From the NCBI RefSeq assembly GCF_044704955.1, contig NW_027254589.1, forward strand, positions 62,001 through 126,000: DNA of 64,000 bases, written 5' to 3'. The notes beneath the pieces are model-generated. The model did no database searches. It saw only the letters and a program-made list of their open reading frames with translations, and was not told the origin of the DNA. This document shows positions 1 to 11,277 of this stretch, piece after piece; positions within the stretch are counted from its first letter, which is position 1, and each line of letters opens with the position of its first letter. The translations under genes were made by a program, and so were the position numbers. The stretch comes from Pristiophorus japonicus (lineage: Eukaryota).

Positions 1-213
1 CCACTCTATCAAAACCGTTCATAAATTTAAAGCCCTCTGAGACTACCCCTCAGCCGAAGTTTTTCAAGAGAAAAGAGACCTAATCTGTTCATTCATTCTT
101 GATAGGTATACCTTGCATTTCTGGTATCATCCTTGTAAATCTTCTCTGCACCCTCTCCAGTGCCTCTTTATTTCCTTGTTATGATATGACGACCAGAACT
201 GTACGCAATACTC
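1..213 (-). mobile_element. CR1-type LINE fragment (RT C-terminal region)
   Basis: Resembles the minus-strand CR1 RT ends elsewhere in the window (e.g. 28560-28690: gtaaatcttctctgcaccctctcc...gaccagaactgtacgcaatactc). Confidence 0.7.
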
Positions 214-216
214 TAA

Positions 217-540
217 GGGTTAGAAATTCAATTTTGTTTTAATACCGCTATGACTCTGCTACTGCTACGAGGCCTAACATTCAGGATAAAATGCGCCCAG
301 GGGTAAAAATCGGCGTTGCACAAGGATTCGTGGCGCAAATCGCAAATTTGCTGCAACTTTCCTCCGAGGCCGATACCGCTACGAGTTGGGCCTAGGGAGG
401 GTGGAAAACACCCCCAAAAATTGCAAAAGAATAAAAAAAATCACAAGATACTTAGCTATCGAAAATAATTTAAAATAAAAACTGTAACTTACCTTTTTTG
501 CAGGTCTTCATACCTACCGCTGTTCCAAGGGCTGCAACGC
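217..540. mobile_element. Left part of a non-autonomous DNA transposon, possibly PIF/Harbinger-type
   Basis: Begins TAA|GGGTTAGAAATTC, with a GC-rich interior. It is cut off by a CR1 piece. The family call rests only on the terminus and the TAA flank. Confidence 0.35.
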
Positions 541-552
541 AGACGGGAGCGC

Positions 553-846
553 TGAGAATCAGAGGACACAGATTTAAGGTGATTGGCAAAAGAACCAAAG
601 GCAACATGAGGGAAAGCTTTTTTACGCAGCGAGTGGTTGGGATATGGAATGCGCTGCCTGAAAGGGGGGTGGAGGCAGATTCAGTTATGGCTTTCAAAAG
701 GGAATTGGATAAGGACCTGAAGGAAAAAAAATTGCAGGGCTACAGGGAACGGGCGGCTGTGTGGGACGAGCTTAAGTGCTCTTCCAGAGAGCCAGCACAG
801 GCTCAATGGGCCGAATGGCCTCCTGCGCTTTAACTATTCTATGACT
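553..846 (+). mobile_element. CR1 LINE 3' end
   Basis: ORF 498..833 contains RGHRFKV...FFTQRVVGIWNALP...FKRELD, the CR1 ORF2 C-terminus. It is followed by the 3'UTR (atgggccgaatggcctcct) and a short-repeat tail. Confidence 0.85.
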
Positions 847-1121
847 CGAATTGGAAAAACTCAGTGTTTCAACTAGTGTACTGTATAAGGGCTTCATTGG
901 GTTTCCTTTTAAGGTAAGATGTTGACACTATGGTCTAAAGGGATGTGGGCATGAAAAACCTCAAGCCAGCAGAAGTGTTGTATGCAGGATGCAGAGTAAG
1001 GGCTCTACTCTGGTCAGGATCTGCAGAGCTTGTATATTGAGACCACGTTCCCAACAAATAGTTCTGTGTATTTGGACCAATGCAGTGGTGGGAATTGGGA
1101 GTTCTCTGTATGAAGGGAGTC

Positions 1122-1484
1122 CTATGTTACCGGCCTGATAGTTACCTCCTTGGAGAGATGAGGTTTAATCTGTCTTTGGTTTGCATAGAGTTCAGAACCA
1201 GTCGGTGCCAATAAAGTCTTGTTGCTGGTTGGTGGTGCTAAATTCTTAAAGGGTAAAAAGCGCCTCAGTGATGATTGGTGCTGGTGACCTCTTGGTGCCG
1301 ACTGATGCTGGTGAGTCCATTGTGTTGGTTGAAGTTGCTGATCCTTCAGTTCTCGGCAATGCTGGTGTTTCTCAAGCACTTGTTCAGTCTTGCTTTGTCC
1401 TGAAATGAAGCGTCTAGTTTGGTATTTTCTGGAGGTACATGCTTCTCTGTTGGCAGATCTCAACTCCTTGGGCTTCTGGGAAAA
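1122..1484 (-). CDS. Putative terminal cytoplasmic exon of the IgSF receptor
   Basis: Polypyrimidine acceptor ttcttgctttccttttttcag|TTT in phase 0 (an alternative in-frame acceptor lies 9 nt downstream). Open for about 120 codons (FSQKPKEL...GSELYANQRQ...RPVT*) in non-repetitive sequence. Phase matches the upstream exon. Confidence 0.55.
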   Translation of the reverse strand, partial: FSQKPKELRSANREACTSRKYQTRRFISGQSKTEQVLEKHQHCRELKDQQLQPTQWTHQHQSAPRGHQHQSSLRRFLPFKNLAPPTSNKTLLAPTGSELYANQRQIKPHLSKEVTIRPVT

Positions 1485-1570
1485 CTGAAAAAAGGAAAGC
1501 AAGAAATCCAGATCGGTCACTTTAGGCAACAGCATATTTGGTACTTTAGTGTCTCTCAACAATCTAAGGT

Positions 1571-1629
1571 GTCTGTCTTGGCTCAGTTGGTAGCACTCTC
1601 ATCTCTGAATCAGAAGGTCGTGTGTTCAA
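1571..1629 (+). mobile_element. tRNA-derived SINE head, truncated by a CR1 3' end
   Basis: tggctcagttggtagcactctc...tcagaaggtcgtgtgttcaa carries an A box and the start of a B box. Same head as the SINE at 59787. Confidence 0.75.
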
Positions 1630-1822
1630 CATAAGAACATAAGAATTAGGTACAGGAGTCGGCCATTTGGCCCCTCGAGCCTGCTCCGCCATTCAGTAAG
1701 ATCATTGCTGATCTTGTACCTCGACTCCACTTTCCCGCACTATCCCCATATCCCTCGATTGCCTTAATATCCAAAAATCTATCGATCTCTGTCTTGAACA
1801 TACTCAACGACTGAGCCTCCAC
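1629..1822 (-). mobile_element. CR1 LINE 3' end
   Basis: Tail acataagaacataagaa plus 3'UTR. ORF 1646..1894 contains FKTEIDRFLDIK. Confidence 0.8.
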
Positions 1823-1829
1823 ATTCAAG

Positions 1830-2449
1830 TCTAGAGAACGATCTCTGTGCTGGAACGGACAGGCCCAAAGCTCACCCAATATCGGGCTTCTCATTTACAC
1901 CAAACCGACGAGCTGCAGACACCTGCTCGGATCTCCCCAGGCAGCACGGCGTTGAAGAGTATTTGAATTTGTGGTTACTGCATCAGGTATAGGTCTCGGG
2001 AGAAGGGGATGTGCCCGGGAGAGGGGGGAATCTGGACAGGTAGGTGGGTGGGCACTCCTGCACCTGTCGGCTCCACATTCATGAAAGCATTTATTTTAAA
2101 CTTGCCCTTTTGCTGGTGGCCTCCAGCGGCTCCATTGAGGGGCGCTGGTTAGGCCGCAGGAAAACCTGGTTTTCTTGAATGTAGCCGGCCTGGTGCCAGC
2201 TGTGTTCAGGCAAACCAGTTTGGTAAAGGAAGCATCAACCAGGCACTCGGCCCCTGATTTGCAAATGCAAAGGACTAATGGCTGTTTCAGACGTGGGCCT
2301 TGGATGCCTCTTTTGATGCCTATACCAATATGGTGGGCGGCGCACACCCAACGTGGAATGTACACGTGCTGCTTGACCACTACACTGGACATTTTGGCGC
2401 CCGTTTTATGCCTGTAAAATGGATTCAAAGTCATCGAATTTCTAGGCCC
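1830..2449. mobile_element. Right part of a non-autonomous DNA transposon, possibly Harbinger-type
   Basis: Ends GAATTTCTAGGCCC|TAA, close to the inverse of the terminus at 217. Confidence 0.35.
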
Positions 2450-2513
2450 TAATGCTTTAAATACTCCAGAACATTAACAAAAGGCTGGCACTGGGCCAAC
2501 CAACTCGACTCAC

Positions 2514-2587
2514 TTGTGAGCGTCCGGGAAGAGAGGTATTTTTATAATCGCGTGCTGGCAATGTAGTAGCAGTGTGGACAGACGGGG
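2514..2587 (-). CDS. Cytoplasmic exon 1 of the IgSF receptor
   Basis: Acceptor tttcctttacag|, donor CAA|GTGAGT, 74 nt, phase 1 to 0. Encodes (S)PSVHTATTLPARDYKNTSLPGRSQ. Confidence 0.65.
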
Positions 2588-2805
2588 CTGTAAAGGAAAT
2601 CACAGAATGTCACCAACACCGAGTGTAGATAGGAACACGCAAACATGGAGGTTGGGGAAAGTCCATTGCAGTCCATTGGGTGGTCCCAAAGTTCACAAAA
2701 ACCCAAACTGTACTGTCGTCCATAGCCCAAAACACTTCTTTCACCAAAAGAATCTACTCAGCTCCCTCTTGAATTCACTAATACTCTCACCTTTCAATGA
2801 CTCAA

Positions 2806-3036
2806 ACAATAGAAAAATACTAAGCATGCTGGAAATCTGAAATAAAAACAGAAAACGCTGGAAATACTCAGCACCTATGAATGCCCATCTTTCCCTGGCT
2901 GTGTACTTGCTTAAAAACTGTCCATCTCTAACCCCTTCCAGTTCTGACAAAAGGTCATCATCCTGAAATGTTAACTCTGTTTCTCGCTGCACAGTTGCTG
3001 CTGATCTGCAGAGTATTTCCAGTATTTTCTGTTCTT
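2806..3036. repeat. Palindromic MITE-like repeat (MER6-like)
   Basis: Inverted arms aacagaaaacgctggaaatactc ... gagtatttccagtattttctgtt. A second copy lies at 21010-21175. Confidence 0.6.
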
Positions 3037-3105
3037 ATCCCTTCAATGACTATGGGCAGCTGATCCAGATGTGGTAGTTACCGTGAAATATTTATTTAAA
3101 CGTAC

Positions 3106-3240
3106 AGGATTGCAGTTTCCCGAACCATGCCTGTCTGATACAGAAGACAAGAGCAACTCCAGCAATGAGAGTAAGTCCCAGCACAGCCCCCACACTGATC
3201 CAGACAATCCTCAGGTCTTCATCCATTTGGACATTAGGAT
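3106..3240 (-). CDS. Transmembrane exon of the IgSF receptor
   Basis: Acceptor ctctcactttcacag|, donor T|GTACGT, 135 nt, phase 1-1. Encodes PNVQMDEDLR-IVWISVGAVLGLTLIAGVALVFCI-RQAWFGKLQS: a 24-aa hydrophobic span followed by basic residues. Absent from the ORF track. Confidence 0.8.
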
Positions 3241-3382
3241 CTGTGAAAGTGAGAGGGACATGTAAGGGACTGGACTAACAGAATAAGATATTTGCCATCA
3301 AATATTGGACCTTTACCAGCCCTGATCCACAAGGTGATGTCAGACGCAGATATAATATTATTACAATGTGAACTGTACTTAC

Positions 3383-3708
3383 TGGTTACATTGAGCTGCT
3401 CCCACTGATATCTCCCCACACTTTACAGTAATAGGCGGCAGTGTCACTGGGCTGCACATTTGTGACTGTCAGAATGAAGCTGTTATTGGAGGTGTCTCTG
3501 GAAGGCTGGAGACGGTCAGTGGAACCTGGGCTCCCTCGTGTGCTGCCACTTGCCTTCTGTGTTAAAACCCACTCCATATCTTGCCCCGGTAGTTGCCGGT
3601 ACCAGTGCACATCGGTGTCACTCACTCTGGAGTGCCGCATGGTGCACTGTAACCGCGCCGTGTGACCCTCTGTGACACGTTCCAGGCCCGGAGACTGGAT
3701 AACTACTC
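3383..3708 (-). pseudogene. V-J type Ig domain exon 2 (frameshifted in the G strand)
   Basis: Acceptor ttccccttaaag|, donor ACCA|GTAAGT. Encodes VVIQSP...LQCTM...VHWYRQLPG...FILTVTNVQPSDTAAYYCKVWGDISG, with QLNVT in a shifted frame. Length is 326 nt; a 7-nt loss relative to exon V1 removes the second G and T of GxGT. Confidence 0.9.
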
Positions 3709-4199
3709 CTTTAAGGGGAAAGGAAAGATAGAAATAGCTTGAAGACCATCGGCAGATGGGGAGGTGTCCTTCGTGCTTAAATGCAAAGCACAATATTGCA
3801 TTGTTCAGCAAAATCAATTCCAATAATTAACTAGTAGAGTTAGTTAATTACTAATTCATGAAAGTGAAACCTTTTAATGCAGAGCTTGTATTGAACTATT
3901 GGCACCATTGGGAGATTTGAACTCATGACGGGTTGCTAGTCTAGTCCCATAACCATTAGCCTCGTGGTTACTGTACTGGACAGTCTCCTTCCAATCAGTA
4001 GTGATAGAAGGATTCATCTGTAGTGCCATCAAGCGACACCTACTCATTAATAGCCACCTCTCTTTCCGTTGAGTTTCCACTTCAGCCATTCAGCTCCAGA
4101 TGTCATAACAGCCTTGATGCAAACATGGACACAAGGCAGCTTTCCAATCTGTATGGCACCAAAGAGCCTCAACAAAATTAGGTAAATGGCCTGTAGCTG

Positions 4200-4450
4200 A
4201 GGCCATACCTAACACACAGGAAGATGTTTTGGTTGTCAGAGGACAATCATTTCAGCCCTGGGACATCTATGCTTCGTTCCTTTGTCCCAACCATCTGCAG
4301 CTGCTTCATCAATGAATTTCCCTCCATCATAATGTCAGAAATGGGGCTGTTCACTTGTGATTTCCACAGCAGACCCTGGACTACATCTAGGCTTGGGTTG
4401 ACATTTGGCAGGTAACATTTGTGGCCTATCAATTGGCGCATTGAATTTAC
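4200..4450 (+). mobile_element. Old decayed LINE reverse-transcriptase fragment
   Basis: ORF 4224..4415 contains PTICSCFINEFPS, a degenerate form of the PxLFxxxINDL RT motif. Confidence 0.5.
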
Positions 4451-4667
4451 AATCCTCTTCCTCGCTGGAAGAGGGAACCAGTGCTGTGGTGTAGGATTTA
4501 AATTCACATCATGTGGGGGGGCGGGCAATGAAAGAACAAGATAAGGAAACAGAAAGGAAAGAAAAATGGACAAGGAATGTAGGAATAAGGAGTGGCCGTA
4601 GGTTCTATTAAGTCGGCCTGAGATGGCAGGCGGGGCCTCAGTTTAATGTTCATCTGAAAGACGGCAC

Positions 4668-5382
4668 CTCCGACAGTGCAGCACTCCTTCAGTACTGCCC
4701 CTCCAACAGTGCCATACTCCCTCAGTACTGCCCCTCCAACAGTGCCATACTCCCTCAGTACTGCCCCTCCGACATTGCAGCACTTGCTCAGTACTGCCCC
4801 TCTGACAGTGCCATACTCCCTCAGTACTGCCCATCCGACAGTGTAGCACTCCCTCAGTGCTGCCCTTCCAACAGTACAGTGCTCCCTCAGTACTGCCCCT
4901 CCGACAGTGCCATACTCCCTCAGTAGCTCCCCTCCCAACAGTGCAGCGCTCCCTCACTACTGCCCCTCCGACAGTGTAGCGCTCCCACAGTACTGCCCTT
5001 CCAACAATGCAGCGCCCCTCAGTACTGCCCCTCGGACAGTGCCTTTCTTCCTCAGCTGCTCCCCCGACAGTGCCGTACTCCCTCAGATCTGCCCCTCCGA
5101 CAGTGCAGCGCTCCCTCGGTATTGCCCCTCTGACAGTGCGGTGCTCCCTCGGTACTGCCCCTCTGACAGTGCAGCATTCCCTCAATACTGCCCCTCCGAT
5201 AATGCGGCGCTCCCTCAGTGCTGCCCCTCCGACAGTGCGGCGCTCACACAGTGCTGCACCTCCGACAGTGCAGCGCTCCCTCAGTACTGTCCCTCCGACA
5301 GTGCAGCACTCCCTCAGTACTGCCCCTCCGACAGTATAGCGCTCCCTCAGTACTGCCCCTCTGATAGTGCAGCACTCCCTCA
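4668..5382. repeat. 33-bp minisatellite, about 22 copies, derived from a SINE internal motif
   Basis: Unit ccgacagtgcagcgctccctcagtactgcccct. It is continuous with SINE sequence at 4630-4690. The overlapping ORFs show 11-aa periodicity. Confidence 0.95.
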
Positions 5383-5404
5383 GGAAGGAAGGATGTAATC
5401 GGAG

Positions 5405-5793
5405 ATTGATAGTGGGGGGGAGAGAGAGGGAAGCCACGATTGTGTGGCTGGGGGAGAGAGAGAGGCCACGATTGTGTGGGTGGGGGAGAGGGAGGCCATG
5501 ATTGGGCAGCTGCGGGAGAGAGAGGGAGGCCACGATTGGGCGGCTGGGGGAGAGAGAGGGAGGCCATGATTGGGCGGGTGGGGGGTAGAGAGAGAGAGAG
5601 ACCAAGATTGGGTGGGTGGACGGGGAGAGAGGGCACGATTGGTCGGGCAGGAGAGAGTGAGAGAGAGAGGCTACGATTGGGCGGGTGGGGGAGAGAGAGG
5701 CTACGATTGGGCGGGTGGGGGAAGAGAGCGGCCATGACTGGGCGGGCGGCGGGGAGAGAGAGAGAGAGAGGCTATGATTGGGCGGGTGTGGGG
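5405..5793. repeat. Composite GA-rich tandem repeat, left part
   Basis: Degenerate units ggccacgattgggcgggtggggg(ag)n, interrupted by the Gypsy element. Confidence 0.9.
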
Positions 5794-8700
5794 TGTTATA
5801 TTTGTAACCTTGTTTCTATCTTGTACCGCCACCAGAGGGCTCATCCCCTGGAGTCCCAAGGGATCCCACAATCCCTTGGGAGCACAGGTACTTAAGGAGG
5901 CCTCCCAGGCTGGAGAGGCACTCTGGAGACCTGCAATAAAAGACAAAAGTCACACTTTACTTTTAGCTCACAGTATCCAGTCAGACTCTTTATTCATACA
6001 TAACAACTGGCGACGAGATACAGATGACAAACCCAACGATGCAGAGAACAGTGGCAATCCTGGAGAAATTTTTGGAGGGAAATGATTGGGAAGTCTTCCA
6101 GGAGCGACTCGACCAATACTTCGTGGCCAACGAGCTGGAAGGATAAGCGAACACTGCCAAACGAAGGGCAATTCTCCTCACCGTCTGCGGGGCACCAACA
6201 TATGGCCTCATGAAAAATCTGCTTGCTCCAGCGAAACCCAGAGAGAAATCGTACAATGATTTATGCACACTTGGCTGGGAGCATCTGAACCCAAAGGAAA
6301 GCGTTTTGATGGCGAGGTACCGGTTCTACACCTACAAAAGTTCTGAAGGCAGGAAGTGGTGAGTTATATCGCTGAGCTAAGACGCCCTTGCAGGACATTG
6401 CGAATTTGAAGGACATTTGGAGCACATGCTCAGAGACTTTTTCGTACTTGGCATTGGCCATGAAATGATACTTCACAAACTTTTGACTGTGTAGACCCCA
6501 ACCTTGAGTAAGGCCATAGCAATAGCCCCGGCGTTCATTGCCACCAGTGACAATACTGAGCAAATCTCTCAGCACACAAGTGCTGCTACAAGTACTGTGA
6601 ACAAAGTGATGTTGTTTTCACATCGCAACGTACAGGGCAGGCTCCACATGCCTGCAGCTGCACGTCCGCAGATGTCTCAGAGTCCATCATCAAGGGTGAT
6701 GAATGTAAGGCCATTAACACCTTGTTAGCGCTGTATCATTTCCATTCATGCTGCTTCAAAGGGTACGTTTGCAAGAGCTGTGGAACAATGGGACACCTCC
6801 AATGTATGTGCAGGCGAGTTGCAAATCCTGTTAATCCTGCAAACCACCATGTAGCAGAGGATGAACAGATCCACGGCAGATCATCACGAACCAGAGCCTC
6901 AGACTGAAGAGGCAGAGGTATATGGGGTGAACACATTTAGCACAAAGTGTCCCCCGATAATGCTGAAGGTTGAACTAAATGAACTCCCGGTGTCAATGGA
7001 GCTGGACACGGGTGCGAGCCAGCCCATTATGAGCAAAAACACTTTTGATAAATTATGGTGCAGCAAGGCCTCAAGGCCAGTCTTGACTCCAATCCGCACA
7101 AAACTGAGACCTTACACAAAGGAAATGATTCCCATAGTCGGCAGTGTTACTGTAAAAGTCTCCTACGATGGAGCGGTGCACAAGCTACTACTCTGGGTGG
7201 TACCGGGCGATGGTCCCACGCTGCTTGGCAGGAGCTGGCTGGGAAAGATACGCTGGAACTGGGACGATGTCCGCGTGCTCTTGCCCGCTGACGACACTTC
7301 GTGTGCCCAGGTCTTAAACAAGTTCCCTTCACTGTTCAAACCAAGCATCGGGAAGTTCCAAGGAGCAGAAATGCAGATCCATCTAATTCCAGGGGTGTGA
7401 CCTATCCATTACAAGGGAAGAGCAGTACCGTACATGATGAGAAAAAGGGTAGAGATCGAGCTAGGCCAGCAGCATCATATCGCTGATCGAATTCAATGAG
7501 TGGGCCAGTCCGATCGTTCCAGTCCTCAAGTGAGATGGCACAGTCAGAATCTGTGGTGATTACAAAGTAACTATCAATCGTTTCTCCCTGCAGAATCAAT
7601 ACCCACTACCAAAGTCCGACGGCTTTTTGCCACGCAGGTGGGAGGAAAGATGTTCACGGATCTGGACTTGACCTTGGCCTACATGACGCAGGAGCTGGAG
7701 GAATCATCGAAGGGCCTCACCTGCATTAACACACACAAAGGTCTCTTCATTTATAACAGATGCCATCCGCCACAGACCAGGCACAGAAAACTCTGCCCAT
7801 GCTCTCAGTAGGCTGCCATTGCCCACCACGGGGGTGGAAATGGCACAACCCGCAGATTTAGTCATGGTAATGGAAGCATTTGAGAGTGAGCAATCACCTG
7901 TCACAGCCCAACAGATTAGAACTTGGACAAGCCAGGAACCCTTACTTGCCCTAGTTAAAAACTGTGTGCTGCACGGGAGCTGGTCCAGTATCCCAGTGGA
8001 AATGCAGGAACAGATAAAGCTGTACCAGTAGCACAAATATGAAATGTCTATACAGGCAGGCTGCCTTCTGTGGGGCAATCAAGTAGTAGTCCCCAAGAAG
8101 GGCAGAGATACCTTCATTAGTGACCTCCACAGCATCCACCCAGGCATCGCAATGATGAAAGTGATATCCAGATCCCACGTGTGGTGGCCCGGTATCGATG
8201 CGGACTTAGAGTCCTGCATGCACAGATGTAACACATGCTTGCAGTTGAACAATGCACCCAGGGAGGCGTCACTAAGTTTATGGTCTTAGCCCTCCAAACC
8301 GTGGTCTAGGATCTATGTCAACTATGCAGGCCCGTTCTTGGGTAAAATGTTTCTCGTGGTTGTAGATGCGTTCTCCAAATGGATTGAATGTGAGATAATG
8401 TTGGCAAGCACGTCCGCTGCCATCACTGAAAGCCTGCGGGCCATGTTTGCCACGCATGGACTACCCAATGTCCGTGTGAGCGACAATGGGCCATGTTTTA
8501 CTAGTGCCGAATTCAAAGAATTCATGACCCGCAACGGGATCAAACATGTCACATCTGCCCCGTTCAAATCAGCATCCAATGGTCAGGCAGAAAGAGCAGT
8601 GCAAACTATCAATCAGGGCTTGAAGAGGGTAACTGAAGGCTCACTGCAGACTCGCCTATCCTGAGTCCTGCTTAGCTACCGCCCGAGACCCCACTCGCTT

Positions 8701-9509
8701 ACTGGGATTCCACCTGCTGAACTGCTCATGAAAAGGGCACTTAAGACAATGCTCTTGTTAGTTCACCCTGATTTACATGAAGCCGCCTGCTCTCTTCCTG
8801 TTCAACAAAGCACATATTATGATAGCTCAAATGTGTCACGCGAAATTGAAATCAATGATCCTACATTTGTATTAAATTATGGACAAGGTCCCAAGTAGAT
8901 TCCTGGCACTGTTGTGGCCAAAGAGAGCAGGGTGTTTCGGGTCAAACTTTCAAATGGACTCATTCACTGGAAACACTTGGACCAAATCAAACTCAGATTC
9001 ACTGAGCAACCCACTTTGTACCCTACTTTCTTTGATCCCCCCCCCCCCCAACATACACACCAGTGCCAACCGACACCGCGGTTGGCCACGAAGCAGAACC
9101 CATCATCCGCAGCAGCCCAGCAGGACTCACCATACTCGGCAGCTCAGCAAGGCCAGCTGCACAGTAGCCCAGTGACGGCCCAACAGATAATTCACCAATA
9201 CCAGCGTCATTTGTACCGAGACGATCAATCACGGCAAGAAGGCCCCCAGATCGACTCACCTTGTAAATAGTTACACTGTTGACTTTGTGGGGAGTGTTGT
9301 TATATATGTAACCTTGTATATACCTTGTACAGCCACCATATGGCTCATCCTCTGGAGTCTCAAGGGATCCCACAATCCCTTGGGAGCACAGGTACTTAAG
9401 GAGGCCTCCCAGGCTGGAGAGGCACTCTGGACACCTGCAATAAAAGTCGAAGGTCACACTTTACTTTGAGTTCACAGTATCCAGTCAGACTCTTTATTCA
9501 TTCATAACA
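5794..9509 (+). mobile_element. Gypsy (Ty3) LTR retrotransposon, decayed and internally deleted
   Basis: 212-bp LTRs at 5794-6005 and 9298-9509 (TGT...ACA, about 16 mismatches by eye). PBS TGGCGACGAG, purine-rich tract before the 3' LTR, flanks tgggg/ggggg. Gag zinc knuckle (CKSCGTMGHLQCMC), protease ELDTGAS, integrase (LHSIHPG...C..C; SDNGPCF; SNGQAERAV). Confidence 0.95.
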
Positions 9510-9585
9510 GGGGGAGAGAGAGTGAGAGAGAGAGAGAGACCACGATTGGACGGGTGGGGGAGAGAGAGGCCATGATTGGGCGGGC

Positions 9586-9627
<42 letters not shown>

Positions 9628-9675
9628 CCACGATTGGGCGGGTGGGGAGAGAGAGGGGCCATGATTGGGCGGGCG

Positions 9676-9714
<39 letters not shown>

Positions 9715-9761
9715 CCACGATTGGGCGGGTGGGGAGAGAGAGGGGCCATGATTGGGCGGGC

Positions 9762-9792
<31 letters not shown>

Positions 9793-9910
9793 GCCACGAT
9801 TGGGCGGGTGGGGAGAGAGAGGGGCCATGATTGGGCGGTGTGAGAGAGAGAGAGAGAGAGAGGCCACGATTGGGCGGGTGGGGAGAGAGAGGGGCCATGA
9901 TTGGGCGGGC

Positions 9911-9946
<36 letters not shown>

Positions 9947-9993
9947 CCACGATTGGGCGGGTGGGGAGAGAGAGGGGCCATGATTGGGCGGGC

Positions 9994-10024
<31 letters not shown>

Positions 10025-10310
10025 GCCACGATTGGGCGGGTGGGGAGAGAGAGGGGCCATGATTGGGCGGTGTGAGAGAGAGAGAGAGGCCACGAGTGGG
10101 GGAGAGAGAGTGGCCATGATCGGGCAGTGGTGGGGGAGAGAGAGAGAGGCCGCGATCGATGGGGGGATAAGAGAGAGAGAGAGGCCACGATTGGGTGGGG
10201 GGGGGGGGGGGGAGAGTGAAAGAGAGAGAGGGAGGCCACGATCGGGCGGGGGGCAGAAAGAGAGAGGCCACCATTGGGCGGGGGAGGGGGGGGGAGAGGC
10301 TACAATCGAT
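9510..10310. repeat. Composite GA-rich tandem repeat, right part
   Basis: Homogeneous dimeric units ggccacgattgggcgggtggggagagagaggggccatgattgggcgggcgtgtgt(ga)n. Confidence 0.95.
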
Positions 10311-10910
10311 GTAGGTGATGGCGGGGGGTGCAGTCCTGCCCCTCTTGCCCCAGAAGCAGTGCTGGAACATGCACTTACCTTGTGGATTGGGCCGCTCCCG
10401 CCTCCCTTTCACTGCTGGATTACCCGACTCCCGGGAAACCTGCGCAGGAGCTGCCTTGCTTCATTTTCAGTTCTGATCCCGAGCGCCGCACTTTCCAGAA
10501 CCTCTCCCCATTATTCACCTAATCCCAGACACTGGGTGTTGTCAGGCTCTTGACTCTATAGGCCTTGTCGCCAAGCCTGATCCTGGTCCTCTGCCAGTGT
10601 CCACACACACACACACTTTCCGGCAGGGACCATGGGTTCGTCATTTAGTGTGGGAACCATGGCTGCCTTGTCCTTCCCCACTGCAGAGTTGCTAAAGTCA
10701 ACGTTAACGTGCCAACTGCTGGCCTCATTAGCAGATCCTCAGGACAGCCCAACCCTGGCATTTCCCCTTGTGATGAACACATGATTCACATTTGGAGCCA
10801 CTGCTGGCTCCTATTTAAATGCCACATTAACACACACACCATTTCAGTTGGGTCGCTTTTGAATTCAGGCAGGAGCTGACTTTGGCTGTCTTTGGAATTT
10901 TAATTTCTTA

Positions 10911-11122
10911 TGTTATATATGTAAACCTGTAAATACCTTGTTTAATTATTAGAGGGCCCATCCCCTGGAGTCCCAAGGGATCCCACAAGCCCTTGGGAGC
11001 AGCTGTACTTAAGGAGGCCTCACAGGCTGGGGAGGCACTTTGGAGGCCTGTAATAAAAGACTACGGTCACACTTTACTTTGAGCTCTCAGTATCTGGTCA
11101 GACTCTTTATTCATACACAACA
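10911..11122 (+). mobile_element. Solo LTR of the 212-bp Gypsy family
   Basis: TGT...ACA, 212 bp, colinear with 5794-6005, with no internal sequence. The flanks (tctta/ttatt) do not form a clean TSD. Confidence 0.9.
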
Positions 11123-11277
11123 TTATTGTTCTATTAAACAAACAACTTCTTTGTGAAAATAAAACCCTTCCCATCTTGGACAATCCATCCTTTCCCCCTG
11201 CCCTGCTGTGGGTCGGATACAGGTCCCAGTGCGGTCTGTTCCTGTGAACCTGCGAGTGATAGCTAACATTTACATAC

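Noticed and set aside
3709-3823. N-terminal extension of ORF 3386..3823 as a signal peptide
   Set aside because: It lies upstream of a strong splice acceptor at 3709 and starts at a non-ATG codon, so it is intron sequence.
4504-5895. Long ORFs (up to 320 aa) over the 33-bp and GA repeats
   Set aside because: By-products of stop-free tandem repeats that are open in several frames on both strands.
9494-10553. SL-rich and RE-rich ORFs of 200-300 aa
   Set aside because: Translations of (GA)n repeats.
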